Origin: Monocercomonoides exilis PA203
Lineage: Eukaryota; Protista; Preaxostyla
Reading direction: 5' to 3'
Length of the DNA: 64,000 bases
Assembly: GCA_001643675.2 (NCBI GenBank)
Contig: LSRY02000033.1
Location: 992,001-1,056,000, forward strand
In this document: positions 1 to 11,161 of the stretch, piece after piece
Layout: each line of letters begins with the position of its first letter
How positions within the stretch are numbered: the stretch's first letter is position 1
The notes under the pieces: generated by a model
Seen by the model: only the letters and a program-made list of their open reading frames with translations
Database searches by the model: none
What the model was told of the DNA's origin: nothing
Program-made: the position numbers and the translations under genes

Positions 1-3000
1 GCGGATGAGATGTATGTTGCGAGTGCTGTTTCGTTTTCGTTGAATCTCGTATCCTGCCTCTGAAGCTCTGTCTCCACAAGCAGCTTGTAAATTTCATCCC
101 ACACTTTGTGACAGGCCTTGCCAGATGAAGAATTCACTTCCACTTTTTCATCTGTCGTTCTCTGCAAACTTTGCTCGTCTGCCTCATCGTCCAAAATAAG
201 CATCATCTGCTTCTGGAAGCATTCGTCTCTGTCCTTCCACACATCTCCGCTCTTGCGCTCCTTCGCAACCTCTGCCGTGCTGTTCCAGTTGAGCCCTTTC
301 TCCTCCACCGCCCTTTTCATATGCAGCATCCACCCATCCAATTTTGCCAGTTCTTCTTCGATTTCCTCAGAGTTGTCTTTCATCTCGTCCACAACACGCG
401 CCAAGTGTGTCATCTGCGCAATGAGCGGTGCAGCTGGCGGTGGCGGAAGCGGAAGAAGAAGAGGAAGCAGCTGGTGTGCTGAATCAAACGCAATCAGTTC
501 CTCCATCGCTGCCGAGTCCTCTTCACTCGCAAGACGCTGCAACTCAGTCTCAGAAAGATGCTCAGCCATTCTTTTCTTCGCTCGCTCTTCTCTTTCTTTC
601 TTCTGCTGCTGCATTAGCTTCTCTTTCTCCTGTTGTATTTCATCCAGCTCCTCTTGTCTTCTCCTCTTCATCTCTTCAACGACTGCCATCCATTTCTTCA
701 CTTGTTCCCTTCTTCTTTGCTTGTAGTGGAGAGACCAATAGATGCATCTGATGAGCTTGGCGTCTGACAGAAGAGAGAGCGAAAGAGGAAGCGAGCGAGT
801 GTACAGAAGCTGCTCAAAAAGAGTGTAAAGCTCTGTGTGCAAGATAGAATTGTAAGGGAACTTGAACATGATGCGGACAAGCGGACAGAGAAGAGATTGA
901 GAAGAATGTGAAGAAGAAGAAGAAGAAGAAGAAGATGGTGATGGTGATGTGGATGAAGATGAGTCGTTTGTTAGATCAAATTTCTGTGAAAAAAAGCCTT
1001 TTCGAAGGAAAGCATCGTCAATAGACAGTCCATAGCCACTTCGGATGATTGCAGAAAGCAAAGCGATTACTGTTCATATAATGTGCAAAGCAAACATAAA
1101 TGAATAAAATATAAAACAAGCAAATTGGTGGAATTTCGCAATTTGAATTAGCAGAATGAAAATCAAGAATAAAGTGACGGTGAAATTTAAGGAAAAGTTC
1201 AAAAACAATTTTAAATAAAAGGAGCAGATAATAAAGAATAAGCATTTGCAAAGTCTATTTATCAAACCTTTCAATCTGTAAAGTCCTAAACTCTGAGTTT
1301 TCAGAAGAATGGGCGGGGGAGGGTAGTTTACTACTTCTATTGTTTCATCATTAGATTGATAATTCAGATTATCAGCATGTGTTTTTAGGTGACATTCCTC
1401 TTCTTTTTTCAAATGTTCGTTTTCGTCTCCTTTTCCTTGGCAATTTTTATTGCCTGGCTCAGCCATGTTCAGCCATTCCACATTCAAGCAGCTCACAAAG
1501 CACGGAATTTCAGCCAAAATCCATCTCTTCAGAAAAGATGGCACATCCGCGTTGAACTCAACAGGCTTTTGCTCATCATAAACTGCCCTTTTGTGCTCTT
1601 CAGCTGTTTGTTTGGTGCCATCTGAATCTTCTGATGTGCCTTTGGAAGAGTCTTCTTTTATTTCTTGCTGTGCATTTTGTGTGTTTTGTGTGTTGTTTGC
1701 AGTTTCTGCTTCGTCGGCTGCTTCGCACCAGAACTGGTAATTGAATTGATTGCAGAACACGAAATCGATCAGAAGCTGAACAGCAGTAACAGCAGAAGAG
1801 ACAGGAATGCAAGGACAGCCACAGCTGGTGGCTTTGTCGCATTTCAATGAGGATGATGTGGAGGATGTTTCAGAGGAAGTTGCAGAAGAAGATGTTGAAG
1901 AAGAAAGGCGAATTGGAAAATAATTATTTTCTATCAATTTTGATCTGTCATGAGAGTCATGTCGGTTAAAAGTTGCAATTTGAAGCAATAAGTTCATCTC
2001 TTTTTCCATAAATACTTCGTCAAATAATAAGCGCTGTCCCGCCAAAGTTTTGCTGAATCTTGTTATCACATTGGTTAAGATCTGTCCAATATTTTGAGCA
2101 ATCTGAGATAAAATATTATTAGTTTAAATTATGATTTATAGATCATCGACAATTGCAGACATTTCGATGAGACGGCGATCGTAGCGCTAAAAGCAAAGAA
2201 TAAATTATTCCATTTTCTTGGAGCCACTGTTTTTTGCGGAAGATGTGAATATTCAAAGAGTGTTTTTTGTATTTATTATTTTTAAAAAATATCAGCAGCA
2301 TCATACTTGAGCAAGACCTTCTTGTAACCTTTGAGTTTCAACAGCAATAATAAGACTATAAATCATTTCGCATACAGGAAGAAGGTCCAAATTACGGAGA
2401 AGTTTGAATATTGTTTTCTCTTCCTCTAAGAATGGTAAAACCTAAGAAAAGTCAGAAACAAATATTTTAATTGAAATAAATTTAAAATAGAAATTGTGTA
2501 CTTCATGTCCGTTGTTTGTAAGAAGTGTGTTTACAACTCTAAAGACATATTGAGCATATAATGGTTGAGAATGAAAATTAACTTCCAAATAAGAAAAAAG
2601 TTTCTCCAAATATTTTCTTTTTGTTAAAATTGTTGATATTCTATCAATTTGTTGAGAAAATATTTCGCAAATAATGTACGGAATTCGATATATTCTGTTT
2701 TCATCAGAATTTGATGGAGGATCTGAAACAAGGTATTGAAGACATTTTTCGATAATTTCATCTTGTACAAAGCTAATTTCAATTCATGGAATTGTTGAAT
2801 GTTTCAATGAAAAATTAATTTACAAGAAGAACTGAAAAATAAAAAGTTATCACAAACAAATTTAAAACAATGTTCGATTGTGCGCCCACATCTGCCAGAA
2901 GATCATCAACGTTAAGAATGTCTTCTAAAAGTTTCCCTTCAAGAATAGAATTCTCTGCTTCAGACTTTTGTTCTTGAATAACACTCTGCCAAGCAGACAT
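1..3000 (-). CDS. SIT4 phosphatase-associated protein (SAPS/PP6 regulatory subunit) family; multi-exon; 3' end beyond the window start
   Basis: ATG at 3000 (MSAWQ...LLEDILNVDDLLADVGAQSNIVLN). The next exon reads IIEKCLQYLVSDPPSNSDENRIYRIPYIICEIFS...LYAQYVFRVVNTLL, matching the SAPS N-terminus (LxELMDEEDVLQECKAQN...IIEEPP...RYKYPNISCELL). ORF 1074-2069 is an internal exon. Confidence 0.7.
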
Positions 3001-3392
3001 ACTGATCAAATTCAATAATATTTTTTTAATTCGAAAATTTAGAAAATTAACCAGATTATTCATGTATATGCAATCGTTCTACCCCATTTTAGGGACCTCA
3101 TGAATTTGTTGATGAGTTAAAAATTCATTTTTCTCCTTTTTCTTCTTTTTCTTCTTTTTCTTCTTTTTCTTTTTCTTTCTTTTTTTAAAATTATAATTTT
3201 TTTGGGCAATGCTCGTTAATAATGATTGAACTTTTTTTTAATTTTGATAATTAAATTAGACCTAGGAAATTGTTTTGATTTGTCAATTTCGATTGACGTT
3301 TAATTAAAAAATTAATCAAAACAAAAAATGAAGCACATTTTGTTTCTGCAATTGTTTTTCATTAAAGCTTAAATTGCTTCGGTTTCATTAAA

Positions 3393-3893
3393 GGCATATG
3401 ATAACTTTACGTAGTCGTTGAAATGTTCACAAAATTTTTAAACATTAATAAAACGTGATTTAATAGAATAAATAAAACATGTTTAGCATCGAATTTTTGG
3501 TTTTTAATCTCATATTTTTTTTTTTAAAAAAACCTAGAATAAAGTTAAATATTGTGGGAGCGATCAATTTTTGAAAAATTGAAAAAACAGATATTTCGCA
3601 TTTATGCTATGTATTTAATAACGCATTTGATAAAACGAAAGATATATTTATAAAATTAAAATTAAAAACAAGATTTAACTTTTAAGACTTCGGAATAATG
3701 AATTTTTTAAATTTTTATTTATCAAATTAAAAAATATTTAGGGTATTTTTGATTAAAAATTAGTAGAAATATATTTGAAATATTCTTTAATTTTCGAACC
3801 TATTTGTTTTTTATTTATCATTTAATATACAACATAAATTAAAATATAGATTAAAAACATATTCTCATTGACTACGTTAAGTTATCATTAGCC
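3393..3893. mobile_element. MITE, 501 bp, ~24-bp imperfect TIRs, 8-bp target-site duplication
   Basis: Left end GGCATATGATAACTTTACGTAGTC; right end GACTACGTTAAGTTATCATTAGCC. TCATTAAA is directly repeated at 3385-3392 and 3894-3901. Interior is AT-rich and non-coding. Confidence 0.8.
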
Positions 3894-3980
3894 TCATTAA
3901 AATTTATGAAATAAAATAATAATAATAGGAACGAAATAAAAATTAACAATAGATGAATTTTGAACAGATCTTTTTAATTC

Positions 3981-4080
3981 AAATAAACCAGGTTTATTCA
4001 AATGAACTCATGTTTATTCGAATAGATCGGGTTTATTTGAATAAACCGAGTTCATTTAAGATAGACTGAGTTTATTTGAG
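3981..4080. repeat. Tandem array of about five self-complementary 19-21-bp units (AATAAAC-nnn-GTTTATT)
   Basis: Units: AATAAACCAGGTTTATTCA / AATGAACTCATGTTTATTCG / AATAGATCGGGTTTATTTG / AATAAACCGAGTTCATTTA / ATAGACTGAGTTTATTTG. Confidence 0.7.
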
Positions 4081-4603
4081 TTACGAAATTTTTAGGTAAA
4101 AATAAACAATTAAATTGCAAATTTTGTTGATTGCAAAAACATGCAAATATTAATTGCATGTTAGTGATGTTGTTTTGAAAATGATTTTTCATTGTTTTCG
4201 TCAAATTTTTTCATAAATCGAAAGGATCTAAATATTTATTACACGGAAAAAATTCTTTTGCACCAACAAACGATACAAAATATGTTAACATTACATCCGT
4301 TGATTGTTTCACTTTATAATTATGTAATCCACATGTTTTAACTTGTTTCAAAAATTGATGAAAAGAAGAATTTCGTGAATTATTTCAAGTATTATATATT
4401 TTTTTATTGCACATATAAAACAAGTTGGATTGCACCAATACATATATAAACAACTGGCACTTATACTTTCATTTGTTCGATAACATTAAAAGACCGGAAA
4501 AAACAACCGGACAATATTAGAAATCTGTGTCATTTTTTGAAAAAAGATAAAAAAACAAATAAGCTGGTCTTCATAATTTTATTGAATAATAAAGGAAGTT
4601 TTA

Positions 4604-7490
4604 TTGTCTTTTTTTTTGCTATTTGTCTGCGCTTCTCGAGCAGACATTCCTTGTTGCATCGTCTCCTGCCTGTTTGGAACGTGCAAATTATCGAGCTGCT
4701 TATTCAAATTCGTCCAAGCCGAAGAAAGCATCCTCATTGCATCGGATGGCTGCAGAGTTAACTTGACGAATGTCTCAATGAGCGATATGGGGCTGAAGGG
4801 CGAAAGCATTGTGGCTGTGCTGGCGCATGCTGAGTTGGGAGGCGAGTCTCAGAGATTGAATGAAGAAGAATGCCTAGCAGCGAATCTTAAATGCTTCACA
4901 CTTTTCTCGCTCCTCCAAAGTGCTCCTTCTTTGCCTTCCGTCATCAGCTGCACTGGCAGCGAGCCTTGCAGCGTGTCTGTGCAAAACACATTGATCAAGA
5001 ATTGCGGAAGCAGCCAAAGCGAGAAAGGGGGAGGAATGATTATGAAATTGATCGAAGGAGGATATTTTAAGTGCCATTTTTCTGCTGTCTCGGAGTGTTT
5101 CTGCTCAGAAAGTGGAAGAGGAGGCGCAATATTCCTGGATTGCTCATCGATCACAAGCGATGGTCCTTTGCCGTTCCTCTTGGAAAACACAACTTTCATG
5201 AACAACAAGGCGCTCACAGGACGAGACCTGTATGTGAGATGCACAAATATCAAATCTCAAATCAGCATTGAACTCTTCCAGCTGGACTTCAGACCTCCGT
5301 TTGTTCGGGATCTTGCGATGTGGGGATTCACTGCAACTAACAATTGAGACGAGCAAGATCTTCTGCTGCTTGTAGTTGTGTCTCAGAGCGAGACAATATT
5401 TGCATCTTCTTCAGCCGATAATGCCTCTGACACGCGCCAGTGTGGTGCAATGAGCGAACCATGCATTTCTTTGAATGTTACGCTGCCCCACGTCATTCCT
5501 TTCGTTTATAGCAATTTGCTGATTGACAAAAGTGCTATGGTTTTAGGGGAAGCAAGCTCACATGATGTGACGATAAAGTCGCTGGATCCGGAAGGCGTCA
5601 AAGGGAATATTGTGCTGAACAGCAGCATCGGAAGCGAGATGGGTAGTTTCATTTCGTATTCGTCGAGAGTGAAAATGGAATTTCTAACGTTTTTGTTTGG
5701 AAGCGCTTTTTCTTCTTCTCATTCCAGCTTGTTATTGCTGACTGATGGCAACTTGTCTATTACAGATACAGCATTTGCTCAAGAAGATTGGAGTGGAAAC
5801 TCTGAAATGAAATTAAACTGCTCTATCATTCTCATGGAGAATGGCAGGCTATCAATCAACGGGTGCACTTTTGCTTCCCTTCATCTTAGCTCTTAATGTG
5901 TGGCAGCAAGAGAAGGACAATAATGCTCATTTATGAACTTGAACATTTCTAATATAAATTCTGCTGTGTTGTTGGACTTCCGCAATCTGGTGAACCTCTC
6001 TATGCAGTAGCTGCTTATTTCCAGTTGCGCACTTGAACAATCCGCCCTTCTCCTTCACAGATGCAAAGACTCCCAGTTTCAGAACATTCAGACGAGATGT
6101 ACTCAAAGCGGATCGAACATGATTGTGTTTTCCTCAGATGGTTCGGAAGTGCATTCATATATCTAGTGCATTCATTTGGAATTTGATGATACATAACTGT
6201 CAGATGAATCGTTGGTTTCTATTGAATGCGAAGATTCAGATGCTTAGATGAATATCTTGTCTATTTCAAAAACAGTGCTTAAGGATGGGTTTGCGGTGAG
6301 TACAATGATAAATACCTCAGCAATCCGGTTGAAGCAGTCATCATTTCAAAACATAACCCGAGATTCGTTTGGTCCGTGCTGCTTGGTCACTTCATCTTCA
6401 TCTTTATTGCTGGAATTGGAGAACTGCTCAAACAAAATGTGTGCTTCGCGACAAGAAAAAGGGAGCATTGCAGCATTGGGAAATTTGTCGTATGTTAACT
6501 TTTCTTCATGTTCAGTTGATGGAACAGCTGGCGTGAAACAGTTTGGCACATATGAAAATAGTTTCGAAAATCTGTGCCGGTGGAGCGGTTCAATGGTTGA
6601 TCTTCAGAATTGCTCATGAAAGGTAATATATACGGGTGTAGCCAACTCATCAAAAGGAGGGCTGTCTGTGCCTTGTGGAAGCATCTCCGTGCAATTTGGA
6701 TTATTTGCCAACAACAGCCCAAATGCACATGCTATCCATCCATGAGGAACAACATAGTCTGTTCAGACCATGCACTGCTGAACGTTCAATGCCTGAAAGG
6801 CGGAGATGGCTTAAAAGAGAACTCATCACTTTGGTTTTTGAACTTTGGATGCAATCTTTCTGGAATTGCTTCAAAAAGAGCTTCTCCCTTCTTCATTCCG
6901 CAACTGGCTTCAGTGAAGTCTCGCCAGCAAGGCAACACTCTTGCCATTGATCTTGCTGGCTCCTTGCTCCTGCCCTGTGGCTTGTCCCTCCAGGTTGATT
7001 CCTTCGATTGAATGATTCACAAGCTCCAGGTGTATCCGCCACAAGCAGAAGAGTTTGCAGATGAAATAGAGATTCATGCAGCCATTCCAGCATCAATTGA
7101 AACAATCCATCTGAGGAAACGGAAGTATATGTAAAGATCTTGTTTGGAAAGATTGATTCTCTTTCATGAACGGAGGCATTCATCCTAAAGAACAGAGCTG
7201 AATCTGAGTTAAAGGGAGATGGAAAACTTGTTAAAGGAGGAAAAGAAGGAAAATCTTATTGGTTGTTGATTGTGATTGCGTTTGTGCTTGTTGTGGTATT
7301 ATTAATTGTTCTGAATGCATCAATGATATTGGATGTTCGATTGAGGAATGCAAAGAATGAAGTAGAATATCTGAGAGAGATTGAAAATGATAACATCAGA
7401 AAAGATCCAAAGGCATTTGGAATGGTGACGATGGAGATATTACAAGAACAGCAGTGGAGGAGAGAATGGAAAAAGAGGTCGAGAAGATAA
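4604..7490 (+). pseudogene. Pseudogene of a large beta-helix-like (GGAI-motif) type I surface protein family
   Basis: One frame from 4604 to 6619 is interrupted by stops at 5345, 5894, 5921, 6008, 6164, 6194 and 6245, then frameshifts. Motifs GRGGAIFL, CGAMSEPC, LCRWSGS, SPFFIPQL and GSLLLPCGL have counterparts in the 48810-52861 gene. TM segment at about 7260-7330. Confidence 0.8.
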
Positions 7491-8495
7491 ATGAAGAGCG
7501 GCCTTTGAAAAAAAATCAATAAATGAAAATGAAATATATCAATTCAATGGAGAAAGTGGCAAAGAGGAAAGCAGCTTCAACCTGTCGACTCGACTGAGCG
7601 CTTCAGAATTATTTGCAATGTTGGCTGTAGATCACTTCACGAACATCAATAGAAACAAATTTTTGTATTTCTATATTTAGTTATACAGAGATTAAATGAA
7701 AAACCAAAAAGTTGGAATGGAATAGAATAATGATAACAAATTGATATTTGCATTCATTTCTACCTCTATTTATCAAATAAATTTTTCTCTAAACATATGG
7801 GAATGAATTCTTGCTTTTATGAAAAATTCAATGATTTGTTCCAAACTTTTTCTTCAATCGAAAGATTATTATTCTAACATTATCGTGCAATCTTAAAAAA
7901 GAAATATGAAAAATCGGAAAAAATCATTAAAATAACTGAGTGGAACAAAATTCATAAAACAATAAAATTTGTCCCATATATCAAATATTGTTTAAGAATA
8001 AAGAAAAATCTCAAATTTTTATAGTTTTTCAATTTTTTTTATTGATAAAGAAAAAGAAAAAATGTGAAATTTTTAAAATTATTGTTCACCACTTTTTCGT
8101 AAATTTTTTATTTAAGTGTATCGCACTTTATTCAAGTGTCACTTCAACCTTTAAAAATAACATAACTTCATTTAAGAAAAACCCAGTTCATTCAAATAAG
8201 AAGAATTTATACAAATTAAAAAATTCTATTCAAAATTCATCTGACATCAAAAACACAAAGAATGAAAGGAAATTGAGATCTTTTTTTGAAATTCATCTCG
8301 TAGCAGGTTTTTAAACGTTTCTGACACAAAATATTCCAAAAAAAAGAACGATCATTGAAAGAACTTCTTGGATTATTTAAAAACATTTATCACAAATAGT
8401 GAAAAAATTTGAAAAAAAATATGTCAACTGAATAATTTATTAAAAGATATGGATGATCAAGAACTTTAAATTCCTAAAAATATTTCAATTGAAGC

Positions 8496-10635
8496 ATGGA
8501 TGGTAAAAATCAAAGAGCTTTTTATTTTACATGTTCAGTTGTTTATGGTAAAGATATTATATGGACAATTTTTTCGGGCGCATTACATGTATTAATGGCA
8601 CTTTTTGCATTTGCTCGTTTTTATTTGGACGGTGGATTTAAACATTTGAAAACAACTGCAAGCAAAATAGCTTCTTTGTTTTTGCTATTTATTTATCTTT
8701 TATATCGGTGCGTTTTATTTTTTGTTCCATTTCCATGGGATATGTTGACAAATCTCCTTTTTTGTTTGGAAATTCCACGCTTTATTTCATTTGCATCTTG
8801 GACGTTTCTTGCCGTTTTTTTTCTTAATGCTTTTCTTTTGGTTGATGCTCCAAAACATTGCTTAAAAGGTTGCTATGCAACAATTGCAATTTACATGATA
8901 ATTCTATTTGGTTTATCTGTTTTCATCGCGATAAAAGGAACTGATTTTTATAAGCAAGATATACACGAGAATAATAAAATTGAGAAATATGATCGTTATG
9001 CGTCGATTATCAATACACTTTTATATTTTTCTGTAACAATTTGGGTATGTATATACACCGTGAGAATTATCGTGTTGTTAAAAGTTGCACATCTTACGGA
9101 TAATCTTCGCTCGGCTTTAAAACGATATCTTGTTTTATTTTGTCTGTTTACTTTGTTTTGGGGTATGCGTACAGTTTGGAATTTATTTTTGGCTATTGAT
9201 TCAAACAATGCCAATGACGCAATCATGAAACTTGGAAAAGAATGTGTCGAAAAAGATGATTCAAAAACATGGTTTGCATTTTACAAATTTATATTTTATG
9301 TAATTGAATTTCTCGTTTGCAATTTGCGAAACTTCGCTTTTGTCATCCACACAAAGCTTGAAATTTGATTTTTGGAGTCAAACATTTTATTTTATTGTTG
9401 ATGTTGCTCCAACGTTTTTGCTTCTTCTTCTTTTTTGGATGAGTCCAAACAGAACAAAATCCAAAAAGAACAAACATAGATCCAAAACAAAAAAATATGG
9501 AGGAATAACTGATATGAATCTGGAAAAGAGAAAATCAAAGCGAATACGAAACAAAATTCGAAGAAGCGAAAGGAAGCAGAACATTAAAGAAGAAGAAGAG
9601 GAGGAGGACAGTGGGTTTGAAGTGAATGACAACAATTACTCGAATTATTCACAAGAAGATGATCAGTCGGGCTATTGCTATCGGAACGAAGACAAACTGT
9701 TTCAATATTATTCACACGAAGCATCAGAAACTGAAGATCTTTCAGGACAGAATCCAAAATACAGCATTGACAGAGGAAATAAATCGCACATTGACAAAGC
9801 AGGTGAAAACAATGAAGCAAAAAAACTGCCTTTGAACAAGATAAAATACTCACAAAACGTTCAATCTGATTCAGCTGGTAGAGAAAAGTGTTTTTATCAG
9901 TCACAATCTCTATTTAAACAAGACTCAGGGTTAACTTCAATGCTTTCTGATTCAGAGAATATTAACAGATCAGGAAGTGAAAACGAAAATGGAGAAGGGA
10001 GAAATCAGCACAAGGAAAAAGAAGACACATAAACGAAAAAAGAATCAGACAGTCAATCAAAAAAGCGAAGAAAGAGCAAAAATTCTCGCAAAGATGAACA
10101 GAGTCTGAAAGGATTCAACTCTCTTGCTCCGAATCCTGGACACTCAGGTTTCAGTGCGTATGAAGTTCCTTATTTGCCATATGCAACTGTGCCATACCAA
10201 AAAGTCAGTCTGACAAGCTCTTCTCCAGTTGCTTCTCTGAACTCTGCATTTGATGCTTATCGACCTCTCGAAGAAGACGAAGCACAAAAGAAACTTAAAC
10301 AAGATATGGCAATTACAACAACAACAATTTCTACTTCTTCTTTGACTGGAATAAGCCCATCTGCTTTGCCATTCGACTCAACTCAGACGCCGTTGATGCA
10401 TTCACAATTATCCACTCCGCCTCTGTTCACAACTGCTCTTTCCATTCAGCACCAATCGAATTCTCCGCTGTCTTCTGCTCAGCTGGCAACAATGCAGTCC
10501 TCAGACATTTCTGTCTCTGCCCACATTTCTGGAACATCTGCAAAACAAGAATCAGAAGTCTTTCGCTGTTCGCCATCTCCTGTGTCGTCTTCGTCTTTTG
10601 TGGTGGAAGAATACAAAAATATGCTCGAAAAATGA
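8496..10635 (+). CDS. Seven-transmembrane protein, TOM1/THH1-GPR137-like, with a long charged/Ser-rich tail; in-frame TAA at 10030-10032
   Basis: Seven hydrophobic segments after removing GT-AG intron 9272-9356, which joins ...DDSKT-C-LKFDFW in frame. TM3 EIPRFISFASWTFL and TM7 YFIVDVAPTFLLLLLF resemble TOM1 DLPGLLFFSTYTLL and YYMLVEILPSALVL. The same frame continues past the TAA to 10635. Confidence 0.6.
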
Positions 10636-11161
10636 GACTTTGTTATGTTCCTAATTCTTATCAATAAAAGCTATTGTCAATGACTGCAAATATTTAAATG
10701 ATGAGAAAAATGATTTGACAACTGACAAATGCAATACATTAAAAAAAGAAGAATTTCTTGAAACACCAAAAGGAAAATTTCATAATTATGAATCCCAAAC
10801 TTTATCCTTCGCACTTTCTTACAAGATAATTTGTCAAAACCATTTTCTTTGAAAGTTTACATACTTTTTCAGTTGGCTTATTTTTACAATTATTTCGAGA
10901 TTTCTTTTCTTTTTTTTCTTTGAATGCATGAATATGTTAAATTCTTAACTTGTTATATTGAGTGTCGTGTGAGTTCAAATCTCGAGAAACAAAGTGACAT
11001 TATTGTCATCATTTGATAACCCTTTTTTACGCATCTATAATATTTTATATTAATTATAAAATGTATTCCACATTGCTTTTTTTCTCGTTGTGTTATGATT
11101 ACAATATTTTTTTTTGAATTTATTTTTGATTAATTGCTTTATAATTTCTTTTTTATAATTA

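Noticed and set aside
3981-4080. CRISPR array
   Set aside because: The units are contiguous with no unique spacers, there are no cas genes, and the context is eukaryotic.
5345-6247. TAA/TAG reassigned to Gln (as in the oxymonad Streblomastix), suggested by many in-frame TAR stops
   Set aside because: Long conserved genes here use CAA/CAG, have no internal TAR and end in TAA/TAG. The same region also has a TGA stop and frameshifts, so it is a pseudogene.
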